In this document: one piece after another, positions 1-13,757 of the stretch
Numbering within the stretch: the stretch's first letter is position 1
Layout: every line of letters begins with the position of its first letter
Assembly: GCA_009914755.4 (NCBI GenBank)
Contig: CP086569.2
Location: 2,304,001-2,368,000, forward strand
Source: the human T2T-CHM13v2.0 reference genome, Homo sapiens
DNA: 64,000 nucleotides
Direction of reading: 5' to 3'
Notes under the pieces: model-generated
The model's input: the letters and a program-made list of their open reading frames with translations, nothing else
What the model was told of the DNA's origin: nothing
Databases searched by the model: none
Translations under genes and position numbers: made by a program

Positions 1-800
1 CTGCGTCTCAGATCCTGGCTCTGATCCCACGCTGCTGTTGCTTACACTCATGTACCCATTGCTAATGTCATCATTCCCTTCGGCAGCTAAGTGCAAAGTT
101 AATTTCCCATTTGAAAAGCAGTCTGTACTAATAACAATCAACTGGGAGACCCAAAAGAGTGCAGTTAAAGAGAAAAAAAAAAATCAAACTTTCCCTCAAA
201 AGAAACCAGTGATACCATTTGGGTCCACCTCCCTGAGGTTTGAAAGCCTCTCCGTTAGTGTTAGTTGCTTTTAGGCCTCTTCTTGCTGCATTAGCAAGGT
301 GTATCTTTCTCTTTATATGCAGACAGTGCCCTCTTCTGGTGGGAGGCTCTCAGTGTCTGTCTACAAATCCATGACCCAAGAGGTAGAGGGGTCCCAACGG
401 TCCCACTTAACTTCTGCCAAAGTGGTGCCCTTGGGAATCCCCAACTTCCTGTGCCCACCTGTTCTAGCTACTTGGTTCACTTTGACCCAGCTCTTCAGGG
501 GTGATACCCTCCCTCATCAGGCTCCCAGATCCCATCAGGTGTTGAAACCCCATGTGATAGGTGAAATACTGGTCCCCAGAGATGCCCACATCCTAACCCC
601 TTGATCATGTAAATGTGTGACCTTATGCAACACATGGGACTTTGCAAATGGGATTACATTAAGGATCTTGACATGGGACGATTATTTAGGATGAGCTGTG
701 TAATTACAGTGGAATCACAGGTTCCTTAGAGAGGCCTGCATCAGAGGATGAAGGAGTTGTTCACATGTGGAAAGAGACAGAAATAAAAGTGGAGAGGACC
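1..800. repeat. Left arm of an inverted (palindromic) segmental duplication. Positions 1-560 match the reverse complement of ~17700-18810 at roughly 88-92%. Homology weakens from 560-800, where an MLT/MaLR-like repeat is also present.
   Basis: By eye: rc(1-75) matches 18664-18740 (gatgccgttagcaatgggtacatgagtggaagcaacagcagcgtgggatcagagccaggatctgag). rc(300-480) matches 17770-17960. Minus-strand ORF 18625-18807 shares the LMYPLL...KVHFP peptide with plus-strand ORF 38-274. Confidence 0.8.
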
Positions 801-1574
801 ATTGAAAAAAAAAGTCATTGAAAGACTTTGGCACCCAGGTTGCCATGGCTGCCCCCAGCCCTTCAAATTCTCCTAAAGCCCCAAATGATCTTTCCCTGGA
901 AGATGCACCAGCCCATTGGATAGCTTAGATGCAGCTGTTGGAGGGTGGATCTAGCCTGTGAGGACCCAGTAACCTGGACCCAATACATGACAACAAGGAT
1001 TGAATGAGTGGTCGTTTACTGCTGAGTAATTGCTGGTTTTCCTGGCTACCTGGGCCCTGGGTCACATGGATGAGAGGGCTGGAAAAAATGATTATCAGCA
1101 CAGAGTCCCAGAATCTCTGTGACTTCTGGTCACAGATATTTTGAGTGTATGTGTAGAAAAAAGCAGTTGTTCCTACACATTCAGTGTCAGAAGTGAAGGA
1201 TGAGAGGGGAGAGGGGTGTGCATGTCAAAGGAAAAAACAGCTTTTCCCCCCTGTACGTGAGGTCACAGCAAATTTGCAAGATTCAGTGCATGGTGAGAGA
1301 AGCAGGCAGCCGCTGACATCCAGGGGCTGGCCTGGCTCCCGCTACCTGGCTTGGGGTTTCCTGTTGGACCTAAGAAATGTCACAGACAGGACATTTTTAA
1401 AGTCAATAAGAAATGTCAGACAAGAGCACTGTGATGAAGTCAAGAGACCGTGGGTTGTGCTTTGGCTGGTTCTTGATTTATTTCTGCTCAAGGCAATCAG
1501 TATGCCAAGGTGGCATATTTCAGAGTGTCACGTAATGATCTACATTCTTATTCAGGGTGGGGTGTCCTGTACCC

Positions 1575-2085
1575 CATCAACTGGAAGGTTGTAGCACTTC
1601 CTGCTTTCTAGACATGGTAAATGAACTCCCTGGGTCACTGGGAAAGTTGTAGCACTTCCTGCTTCCTGGAGATGGTAAATAAACTTTCTGTGTCACATGG
1701 GAGGTTGTAGCACTTCCTGCTGCCCAGAGATGGTCAATGAACTTCCTGAGTCACTGGGAAGGTTGTAGTACTTCCTGCTTCCTGGAGATGGTAAATAAAC
1801 GTCCTGGGTCACTGAGGAGGTTGTAGCACTTCCTGCTTTCCTAGAGATGGTCAGTGAACATCCTGGGTCACTGGGGAGGTTGTAGCACTTCCTGCTTCCT
1901 AGAGATGGTCAATGAACTTCCTGGAGATGTTAAATAAACTTCCTGGGTCACTAGCGAAGTTTGTAGCACTTCCTGTTTCCTGGGGATGGTAAGAGAACTT
2001 CCTGGGTCACTGGGGAGGTTGTAGCACTTCCTGCTTCCTAGACATGATAAATGAACTTCCTGGGTCATTGGAAGGTTGCAGCACT
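1575..2085. repeat. Tandem array of ~58-bp units, about 9 copies. Consensus is roughly ggttgtagcacttcctgcttcctggagatggtaaataaacttcctgggtcactgggga.
   Basis: Direct reading shows successive units starting near 1590, 1647, 1705, 1763, 1821, 1880 and onward, each sharing the gtagcacttcctg core. Confidence 0.85.
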
Positions 2086-5000
2086 TTCTAGTTTAGAGGG
2101 ACATTATAACACTTCCTGGTTTATCTGGAGATTGTAATGCTTTCTGATTCATAGGGACATTGTAAAACTTTCTGGCTCACATTGTTACATTTCCTGGTTC
2201 AAATGGATAATAGTAGCACTTCCTGGTTCACAGGGACATTGTGACACTTCCTGGTTCTTATGGGTAATTGTAGCATTTCCTGGTTCACAGGGACATTGCA
2301 ACGCTTTTTGGTTCATACACATAATTGTTAGCACTTCCTGATTCCCAGGGACATTGCAACACTTCCTGGTTCATAGGGATAATTGTAGCACTTCCTGTTT
2401 CATAGGGACATTGTAATACTTTCTGGTTCATACGAATAACTCTAGTACTTCCTGGTTCATATAGATAATAGTAGCAATTCCTGGTTCACATGGACATTGC
2501 AACACTTCCTGTTTCACAGAGACATTGCAACACTTCCTGGTTCATTCTGATAATTGTATAACTTCCTGGTTTGCAGGGACATTGTAACACTTTCTGGTTC
2601 ATATGGATAATAGCACTTCCTGGTTCATAGGGACATAGTAACATTTCCGGGTTCATACATACGGATAATTGTAGCACTTCCTGGTTCATACGGATAATTG
2701 TAGCACTTCCTGGTTTGCAGGGACATTGCAATACTTCCTGGTTCATATGGATAATTGTAGCACTTCTTAGTTTTTAGGATCATTGTGACACTTCCTGGTT
2801 CATAGTGACACTGCCACACTTTCTGGTTCATATGGATAATTGTAGAACTTCCTGGTTCATAAAGACATTTGGAACCGTCTGGTTCATAGGGATAATTGTA
2901 GCACTTCCTGGTTCGTAGGGACATTGCCACACTTCCTGGTTCATCTGGATAATTGTAGCACTTCCTGGTTCATAGGGAAATTGTGACACTTTCTGGTTCA
3001 TAGTGACATTGCCACACTTCCTGGTCCATGTGGATAATAGTAGCACTTCCTGGTTCGTAGGGACCTTACCACACTTCCTGGTTCATCCAGATAATTGTAG
3101 CACTTCCTGGTTCATAGGGATATTGCCACACTTTCTGGTTCATATGGATAATTGTAGCACTTCCTGGTTCATATGGATAATAGTAGCACTTCCTGGTTCA
3201 CAGGTACATTACAACACTTCCTGGTTCATTCAGATAATTGTAAAACTTCCTAGTTTGCAGGGACATTGTAACACTTTCTGGTTCATATGGATAATTGTAG
3301 CACTTCCTGGTTCATAGGGAAATTGTGACACTTTCTGGTTTATAGTGACATTGCCACACTTCCCGGTCCGTGTGGATAATAGCACTTCCTGGTTCGTAGG
3401 GACATTGCCACACTTCCTGGTTCATCCAGATAATTGTAGCACTTCCTGGTTCATCGGTAAATTGTGACACTTTCTGGTTCATAGTGATATTGCCACACTT
3501 CCTGGTTCATAGTGACATTGCCACACTTCCTGGTCCATGTGGATAATAGTAGCACTTCCTGGTTCATAGGGACATTGCCACACTTCCTGGTTCATCCAGA
3601 TAATTGTAGCACTTCCTGGTTCATAGGGATAGTGCCACACTTCCTGGTTCATAAGGATAATAGCACTTCCTGGTTCACAGGTACATTACAACACTTCCTG
3701 GTTCATTCAGATAATTGTAGAACTTCCTAGTTTGCAGGGACATTGTAACACTTTCTGGTTCATATGGATAATTGTAGCACTTCCTGGTTCATAGGGAAAT
3801 TGTGACACTTTCTGGTTCATAGTGACATTGCCACACTTCCTGGTCCGTGTGGATAATAGCACTTCCTGGTTCATAGGGACATTGCCACACTTCCTGGTTC
3901 ATCCAGATAATTGTAGCACTTCCTGGTTCATAGGGATATTGCCACACTTTCTGGGTCATATGGATAATTGTAGCACTTCCTGGTTCATATGGAAAATAGC
4001 ACTTCCTGGTTCACAGGGACATTACAACACTTCCTGGTTCATTCAGATAATTGTAGAACTTCCTAATTTGCAGGGACATTGTAACACTTTCTGGTTCATG
4101 TGGAGAATTGTAGCACTTCCTGGTTCATAGGGAAATTGTGACACTTTCTGGTTCATAGTGACATTGCCACACTTCCCGGTCCATGTGGATAATAGTAGCA
4201 CTTCCTGGTTCATAGGGACATTGCCACACTTCCTGGTTCATCCAGATAATTGTAGCACTTCCTGGTTCATAGGGATATTGCCACGCTTTCTGGTTCATAT
4301 CGATAATTGTAGCACTTCCTGGTTCATATGGATAATAGTAGCACTTCCTGGTTCACAGGTACATTACAACACTTCCTGGTTCATTCAGATAATTGTAGAA
4401 CTTCCTAGTTTGCAGGGACATTGTAACACTTTCTGGTTCATATGGATAATTGTAGCACTTCCTGGTTCATAGGGAAATTTTGACACTTTCTGGTTCATAG
4501 TGACATTGCCACACTTCCCGGTCCGTGTGGATAATAGTAGCACTTCCTGGTTCATAGGGACATTGCCACACTTCCTGGTTCATCCAGATAATTGTAGCAC
4601 TTCCTGGTTCATAGGGATATTGCCACACTTTCTGGTTCATATGGATAATTGTAGCACTTCCTGGTTCACAGGGACATTACACACTTCCTGGTTCATTCAA
4701 ATAATTGTAGAACTTCCTAGTTTGCAGGGACATTGTAACACTTTCTGGTTCATATGGAGAATTGTAGCACTTCCTGGTTCATAGGGACATTGTAACATTT
4801 CCAGGTTCATATGGATAATTGTAGCACTTCCCAGTTCATAGGGACATTGTAATACTTCCTGGTTCATACGGATAATTGTAGCACTTCTTAGTTTTTAGGG
4901 ATATTGTGGAAGTGCTACTATTATCCATATGAACCAGGAAGTGCTACAATTATCCATACGAACCAGAAAGTGTTGCAATATCCTTATGAACCAGGAAGTG

Positions 5001-5885
5001 CTACAATTATCCAGATGAATCAAGAAGTGTGGTAATGTCCCTGTGAACCAGGAAGTGATACAATTATCCATATGAACCAGGAAGTGTGGCAATGTCACTA
5101 TGAACCAGAAAGTGTCACAGTTTTCCTATGAACCAGGAAGTGCTCGTTCGTAGGGACATTGCCACACTTCCTGGTTCATCTGGATTATTGTAGCACTTCC
5201 CGGTTTATAGGGAAATTGTGACACTTTCTGGTTCATAGTGACATTGCCACACTTCCTGATTGATATGGATAATAGCACTTCCTGGTTCATAGGGACATTG
5301 CCACACTTGCTGGTTCATCCAGATAATTGTAGCACTTCCTGGTTCATATGGATAATAGCACTTCCTGGTTCACAGGGACATTGTAACACTTCCTCTTTCA
5401 TTCCGATAATTGTAGAACTTCCTAATTTGCAGGGACATTGTAACACTTTCTGGTTCATATGGATAATTGTAGCACTTCCTGGTTCATAGGGACATTGTAA
5501 CATTTCCAGGTTCATACAGATAATTGTAGCACTTCCTGGTTCATAGGGACATTGTGACACTTCCTGGTTCATATGGATAATTGTAGCACTTCCTGGTTTG
5601 CAGGGACATTGCAATACTTCCTGGTTCATAGGGATAATTGTAGCACTTCTTAGTTTGAGGGACATTGTGACACTTCCTGGTTCATAGTGACACTGCAACA
5701 CTTTTTGGTTCATATGGAAAATTGTAGTATTTCCTGGTTCATAACGACATTTGGAACCGTCTGGTTCATAGGGATAATTGTAGCACTTCCTGGTTCGTAG
5801 GGACATTGCCACACTTCCTGGTTCATCTGGATAATTGTAGCACTTCCTGGTTCATAAGGATAGTTGCAACACTCCCTGGGTCATC
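2085..5885. repeat. Satellite-like tandem array, ~3.8 kb. The basic unit is ~29-31 bp, a variant of (g)gataattgtagcacttcctggttcatagggacattg. Units are organised into ~336-342-bp higher-order repeats of about 11 subunits. I cannot assign it to a named satellite family.
   Basis: Near-identical plus-strand ORF peptides (MTLPHFLVHVDNSSTSWFIGTLPHFLVHPDNCSTSWF...) recur at 3003, 3822, 4158 and 4500, spacing 336-342 bp. The core motif cacttcctggttcat recurs about every 31 bp. Confidence 0.85.
4909..5145 (-). repeat. Block of ~7-8 satellite subunits in inverted orientation inside the array.
   Basis: The motif flips from ggataattgtagcacttcctggttcat to its reverse complement atgaaccaggaagtgctacaattatcc. 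ORF 4895-5098 on the minus strand encodes the same MTLPHFLVH... peptide that plus-strand ORFs encode elsewhere. Breakpoints are at ...atattgtgg|aagtgctac... and ...caggaagtgct|cgttcgtaggg... Confidence 0.8.
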
Positions 5886-5989
5886 ACCCCCATCCTGCCA
5901 TCTGCTCCAGCCCTATGCAGCCACTCAGAAATCTACTTCCTATCCCATGGATTTGCCTATCAGGGGCATTTCAAACGGCCTCCCATGTG

Positions 5990-6520
5990 GTTTTGTGCCT
6001 GGCTTCTTTCACTCAGCATAATATTTTCGAGGTCCATCGATTTTGTACCATGCATCAGAATTTCATTCCTTTTGATGGCAGAATGACATTCCATTGTATG
6101 GGTAGACCACATTTTGTTTATCCATACACTTGTTGTTGGGCATTGGGTTATTTCCACTGTGTAACTACCATGAATAATGCTTAGCACTTAGCATACGGTT
6201 AAGACTTCTATGTACATACTTGTCTGAGTAACTGTCTTCAATTTTTTGGGTAAATACCCAGGAGGGGAATGGCTGGGTCATATGATAACTCTATGTTTAA
6301 CCATTGAAGGATCCGCCAGGCTGCTTTTCAAAGCAACCGCACCATTGCACCATCCCACAAACAATATAAGAGTGCTCCAGTTTCTGCACATCTGAGCCAA
6401 CACTTGTCACTGTCCATATTTGTCATTAGAGCCATCCTAGTGTGTATGATGGGCTATCTCATTGTGGTTTTGATTTGCATTTCCCTGATGACCAGATAGG
6501 TTGGCTTTCAAGTTTTCATG
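5990..6520 (+). mobile_element. L1 (LINE-1) ORF2 3'-region fragment, older subfamily.
   Basis: Carries the L1 hallmark ctcattgtggttttgatttgcatttccctgatga and upstream ccattgtatgggtagaccacattttgtttatcc typical of L1. Confidence 0.7.
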
Positions 6521-6844
6521 TTCTTTCTTCTTCTCTGTCAAGTAGATGAGTAATACTTAAATAAATATTTCTTACTCAGCATTTTGATGTATTTATTCAT
6601 AGCCTTATTAATGCTTGACTTTATTTGTTTATCTCTCAGATATGGGTCTCTAAATGTCAGTTTCAAGAAGGAACTGTGTTTTGTTCAACTCCAAAATCCC
6701 CAGATCTATCTAGGACACTGCCTGAAACACAGAAGGGGTTAAAAAAATATGGATGAAATATAATAGCAAATGCATGTCCTATTTTAAAATATCGACAGTT
6801 ATTCTATTTGCAGAACAATAAATTCAATGTGAAGACTAAGATAC

Positions 6845-7140
6845 TGTTGATTATTTATGTGTGTATGCTCGTATATGTATATATACATACATATGTGTGT
6901 ATACCTCTACATGTATGTATAGGTATGTATAGGTATACATATGTATATGTACAGACATATGTATAGGTATACATATGTATATGTACAGACATATATATAG
7001 GTATATACACATATACAAGCATATATATATACATATGCAAGCATACCCACATTATGTACATATATGTAATATATATATATATACACACTCACATATACAT
7101 ACACACACACATATATTTACACATATCTTTATAAAACACA
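6845..7140. repeat. TA/TG/CA-rich simple repeat, (TATG/TACA)n-like.
   Basis: Low-complexity run of gtatgtatatatacatacatatgtgtgtatac. Confidence 0.8.
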
Positions 7141-7269
7141 GACCTAGGATATTTTCCCTAGAATCAGGTCCAAGGCAGATAGTTGAAAAATGTCTGATTT
7201 CTAATTTGTGGTTGAAATAAAACTAAGAACATTTCATTATTTTCATCATGATTTATTTTGCTGACTTGT

Positions 7270-7900
7270 TGAACATATGCAGGCTTGTTACCTGGGTGGA
7301 CTGTGTGATGCTGAGGTTTGGGGTATGACCGATCCCATCACCCGGGTAGTGAGCATGGCACCCAATAGGTAGTTCTTCAGTTCTTACCCTATCCCTCCCT
7401 CCACCCTCTAGGAGCCCCCAGTGTCTGTTCCTCTCTTTGTGTCCATGAGTACCCAATATGTAGATCCACTTATAAATGAGAATGTGCAATATTTGGTTTT
7501 CTGTTTCTGGATTAGTTTGATTACAATAAGAACCTCCAGCTCCATCCACGTTACTGTAAAGGACGTGGTTTTGTTCTTTTCTGTGGCTGTGTAGTATCCC
7601 ACAGCGTCTATGGACCACATTTTCTTTATCCAGTTCACCCTTGATGGGCATTTAGGTTGATTCCATGTCTTTGCTATGGGGAATAGTACTGTGATCAACA
7701 TGCTTGTGCAGGAGTCTTTTTGGTAGGATAATTTATTTTCCATTATGTATGTATCCAGGAATGGGATTGCTGAACTAAATGGTAGTTCTCTTTTTAGTTC
7801 TTTGAGAAATCTGGGAGATATGTCTTGGAATGAACTTCATATAGCTTTTTACTGCCTCCCTTTTAAAATGCTTCCAGAAGGCTGTCCCTTATTTGGTGCA
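7270..7900 (+). mobile_element. L1 3'-region fragment (ORF2 end / 3' part), L1P-like.
   Basis: ggtatgaccgatcccatcacccgggtagtgagcatggcacccaataggtagtt...cttataaatgagaatgtgcaatatttggttttctg...ctgtggctgtgtagtatcc matches the L1 3' region. Confidence 0.75.
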
Positions 7901-7926
7901 CAGAAACTGGCTAAAAAATAAATGTG

Positions 7927-8410
<484 letters not shown>

Positions 8411-9262
8411 TTAAAACAAATAATATAAAAACGTGACCTGCAGCCACCTCTCCAAGGGGCCTGGATACCAATGGAAGGAAGTGAAAAGGAGGAGATGAAA
8501 AATTTACACCTTGAAAGCTGAAAGTGTTCTAATATTACCAATGCTGTGGAGTCAGACACATCGAAAGTGACTCTAATACCTCCTGACATCCTTATGTTAT
8601 GAATATGTAGACAATAGCAAATTATTCTCCGCTTTTTTCCAGCTCATTGAAACATGTTAGGGAGGAACATTTCTGCATTGACAACAGCTTTAAATATTTC
8701 ATTAGTGCTTGGAAGAAACACAAGAATCTGTGACGCAGAAGGGAAATGAAAAGGAAAGCTTAGTCTCCATTTAGTTATGTTCCTCATAAATATTTCCCAG
8801 AGGCAAAGATGTTCTCTTTCATATTAAAAATACAAATAAACACTTCTCATTAGCCCAAGAAAATATTGTAGAGATTTTCATTATCCAAAAAAGGCACACT
8901 TTCAAGACACACGGAACAGAGACGGCACATTGCCTTAGCTTGCTTCTGGCTAGCGTGTCTGGCTATTGACCGGATTTTATTTTTAAATGACTAAAATAAT
9001 ATATTAACTAAATGGTAAAATTCATATTCAGCATTGGCTTGAGGGCATCGGAGGGTTTTGGCTGGCCCAGTCATCTCTACCAGTGAAGAAAGCAAGGAAA
9101 TAGGTCATTTCACTCAGGGACAGCTTGAAAACAGAGATTTCATGGAGCTTCCTCATTCCGTCAGCCTAGAGTGGGATTTTGGCTGTCACCCTTCAAGGAT
9201 GAAAAGGTGCAGAGGACATTGGGCTGCAGACAGGGCGCTCGTTTAAATGATTTAAAAGTTTT

Positions 9263-9562
<300 letters not shown>

Positions 9563-9573
9563 GTTTCCATCTG

Positions 9574-9916
<343 letters not shown>

Positions 9917-10174
9917 TTATGAGTTTTCTTCTTTAACCTGCACCTTGTTCTCTGAGTCACTTTGCACTTGAAGGTACAGCTACAGCTTCCCCATCAGACT
10001 TGTTGGTCTTTTATCAAAGGATGAAAAAGTTCTTCCTCCTTTGGGTCTTTAACCCTGTTTCCTGGTGTAAGACAGCTTTTATGTTTGCTACCTGCTGGAA
10101 TCAACTTGAAATTTTCTCCCAGAAAATTTGTGAATTTATCTTGTTCAAGTTACTTGTGGTCAATAAGTTAATAA

Positions 10175-10800
10175 AGATAGGTAGACAGACAGACAAATAC
10201 ATTGATACAGATAGATAGATTCATGATAGATGATTGATAGATAGATATTACACAGATACATAGATACATATCTTAGACCTGATATATACAGGGTGGGTGG
10301 ATAGATAAATGAATAAATAGATAGATAGATATTACATAGATAGATAGATACATAGATTAGACCTGATATATACAGGGTGGGTGGATAGATAAATGAATAA
10401 ATGGCTTGATTGATGGATTGATGATTGATGGATTGATGGATTGGTAGATAAATGAATAAATGGCTAGATACATGATTGATTGATTGGTAGGTAAATGAAT
10501 AAATGGCTAGATACATGATTGATTGATAGATGATAGAGATTAGATAGATATATAGATACATAGATTAGACCTGATAGATATATGGATATATATACAGGAT
10601 GGGTGGATAAATGAATAAATGGCTAGATACATGATATAGATAGAGCCAATACATACATAGGTACATAGACAGGGTAGGTGGATAGATAGATGAAGACATG
10701 GATAGATAAATATACACAGAGATAGATCAATGATAGAAATGGGTATATAGATATATGAATGATAGAAGATATTTTGAGAGAGAGATGATTAATAGGCAAT
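10175..10800. repeat. Compound GATA/TAGA-rich microsatellite interleaved with repeated ~60-95-bp units (gattagacctgatatatacagggtgggtggatagataaatgaataaat...).
   Basis: Runs of gatagatagat. The unit tagattagacctgatatatacagggtgggtggatagataaatgaataaatag occurs at ~10255 and ~10352 and again, more divergent, at ~10560. aaatgaataaatggctagatacatgattgattgat appears twice at ~10460-10540. Confidence 0.85.
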
Positions 10801-11525
10801 TGATTGACATATTAGATGACAGATAAAAAGTGGGTAAAATGCAAGTAAACTGTAAGCCAAACGTCCACGTGGAATAGCGTGGGAAGCATTGAGAAGACGC
10901 TTTTTGGTGCTACCTGTTTAAACATTGAAAAACTGAGCTAATACCCTCCACAGTACGATAGAGGGGAGGGCACTGGGAATTTATACCTCCCAGGAAAAAT
11001 AAATCATGGTAAACAGGCAGAGATCTTTCCAGATTCCAGTTCTTGGGGGTAAAAGGTCCCCAAGATGCCCAGTTTGTGACAACCTGTTTTGAACTATTCA
11101 GCTCAAGGTTTCCATTTTTTCTCCCAGGGGAGTTGCGTCGATTCTGATGTGTTTGCTTCGGTGCTCTGTGTATCGTATTCATCCCACTCTTCAATTCATA
11201 AACTCTGGAGATTCTTCAATTCACTGGGCAAACCATATGCCTAAGTCTATCCTCTGATGGAGGCTCGTACATGCAAAATCCAATAGCAACCTGGGAAGAT
11301 TTCAGTCAAGACCCAAGAGGAGGCTGGCATCAGGCTCTCGGTCACCGATCTTCACATTCAGGTTTCCTGATGCACTTTGCGACTCTTTGGGCAACCTCTG
11401 GACTCCTTGTTCCCAGGGTCCACATTTAGTTTTATCTTTACTGCATTGCTTTTATGAAAAAGAATAAAATTGGATGAAACAGATACAGAGTATTGGTGTC
11501 AACCTAAGTATTGGTGTCAACAAAG

Positions 11526-11928
11526 AGATGGTTTGGATCTGGTTCCCCACCACATCTTAGGTTGAGTTGGAATCCCCGGTTTGGAGGTGGCGCCTGGTGG
11601 GAGGTGACTGCATTATGCGGGTGGTTTCCATTGAATGGTTTACCACTGTCCCCCATGGTGCTGTTGTGGCGGAAGTGAGTTATCATCCAATCTGGTTGTT
11701 TAAAGGGTGCAACAACTTCCCCACCCCGTCCTGCTCCTGCTGTGGCCATGTAAGATGTGCCTGTTTCCCCTCTGCCTTCCGCCATGATTGTAAATTTCCT
11801 GAGGCCTCCCCAGCCGTGCTTCCTGTACTGCCTGTGGAACCGTGAGCCAATTTAAACCTCTTTTTCTTTATAAAATTACCCTGTCTCAGGTATTTCTTTA
11901 TAGCAGCGTAAGGACTGACTAATACACT
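11526..11928 (+). mobile_element. Solitary ERVL-MaLR LTR (THE1/MST-like).
   Basis: Agrees with the THE1/MST LTR consensus as I remember it: atggtttgg...ccccacca at the 5' end, and ccgccatgattgt...cctgaggcctccccagcc...gaaccgtgagccaatttaaacctctttttctttataaaattaccctgtctcaggtatttctttatagcagcgtaa..actaatacac at the 3' end. Confidence 0.7.
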
Positions 11929-12579
11929 CTGTAATAGAAAAGATGTTTATTTGGGAGTATAGTAGTGCGCTGAGAATAGATGTGCCATATTAAACTGTGT
12001 TCATATTCAGGGAGGTAAAGGGGAAAAAAGGATTTTAAAGGAAATAATGAAGAGGATTCCATAATTCTTTTCAAATGATTATCCTTGGCTAAAAAGATCA
12101 ATAACATGGTGACACCAGTCTGAGTTTGGACAGCCAGTTTTTGGGCAGATGTCCTCGTGGAAGTATTTTTCTTTGCAAGGGTGAGATTTTTGCAGTCTCT
12201 TACGATAGTTTTTGTTATCAGGCATATAAGCATAAAAACCATTAATATACACTAGAGATGGATTGAAGAGCTTATAAAATTGTTAAGGTTTTCTTCTTTG
12301 GTCAGTGTCTAAAATATGAGTCAGATATTTCCTTGGTTATCTTTGAGATTTATGTGGTCCCAGGTTTCTCCTGGGTGGGTAGAAATTACTGCAGCACGTA
12401 CAAAACTGTCCTTCATGCCATACTTCTTCCTACCATTATACGATGAAAACTAACAAAAGAGAGTTTTATAAAATGTTCTTCCTCTTTCTCTCTGGTACCA
12501 ATAGGAAGCACAATTGTTTCCCCATGGTTCTTCACAAAGGTTCTATTGCACTAAGTTTTAAAGCCTTGTGTATACACAA

Positions 12580-13180
12580 TCACATTCACATATACCACAC
12601 ATACACGTGCATATACACAGTTACATCCGTACAGATACATACATGCACATGTATACACAGATAAACACATACATGCACAAATATAGACACATACACAGAC
12701 ACACATTCACATGTATGCGGACACACACACATATACACATATACCTATGCACAGAAACCATACAGATATACACATACATAACATACATGCACAGGTATAC
12801 ATACAAACATACACAGATATGTGCATACACATATACACACATAACACATGCATGCACACATATCCACAAGCCTGCAGATATACACACGTACACACAGATA
12901 TGCATATTCATACATACCAAACATACATTCATACTTACACCTATACACACACATACACAAACACATACAGAGATATACACACATGCACACAAATACATAC
13001 ACACATACATACACAGATACACATGTACATACATACCAAACATACATGCATACTTACACCTACACACATACACAAACACATATACACAAACACACATACA
13101 CAGGGATATGCACATGCACACAGATACCCACATACACACGTACATACTCACATAGAGTTACACACACACACGTGCACACG
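12580..13180. repeat. (CA)n/(ACATAC)n-like purine-pyrimidine alternating simple repeat, ~600 bp.
   Basis: Continuous acacatacatgcacacatacacag-type sequence. Long ORFs on both strands encode His/Thr/Tyr or Cys/Val/Tyr-rich peptides, typical of translated CA repeats. Confidence 0.85.
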
Positions 13181-13310
13181 CAACTTTGGCATAATGGAAA
13201 TTTGATGATTGGTCATTGGAGTCAACCATACAGCCCCTGTCAGAAACAAAGGACCAAAGTCGAAGGGGACATGGATGCACAAACATCTCAACATCTACGG
13301 AACCACGTAA

Positions 13311-13757
<447 letters not shown>

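Noticed and set aside
560-800. Extension of the inverted-duplication arm to ~800.
   Set aside because: Homology in this part is weaker. It coincides with an MLT/MaLR-like interspersed repeat also present in the other arm, so the similarity may come partly from shared repeat family rather than the duplication. The confident arm extent is 1-560.
1184-1594. 136-aa ORF in unique sequence just upstream of the tandem arrays.
   Set aside because: There is no supporting signal (no recognisable motif, no splice-site-flanked exon structure, ordinary noncoding-like composition). ORFs of this size occur by chance in 64 kb.
2085-5885. A regular short-period tandem array could superficially resemble a CRISPR array (repeats of ~30 bp).
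   Set aside because: There are no unique spacers: every ~31-bp unit is a variant of the same sequence. There are no cas genes, and the genomic context is eukaryotic. It is a satellite.
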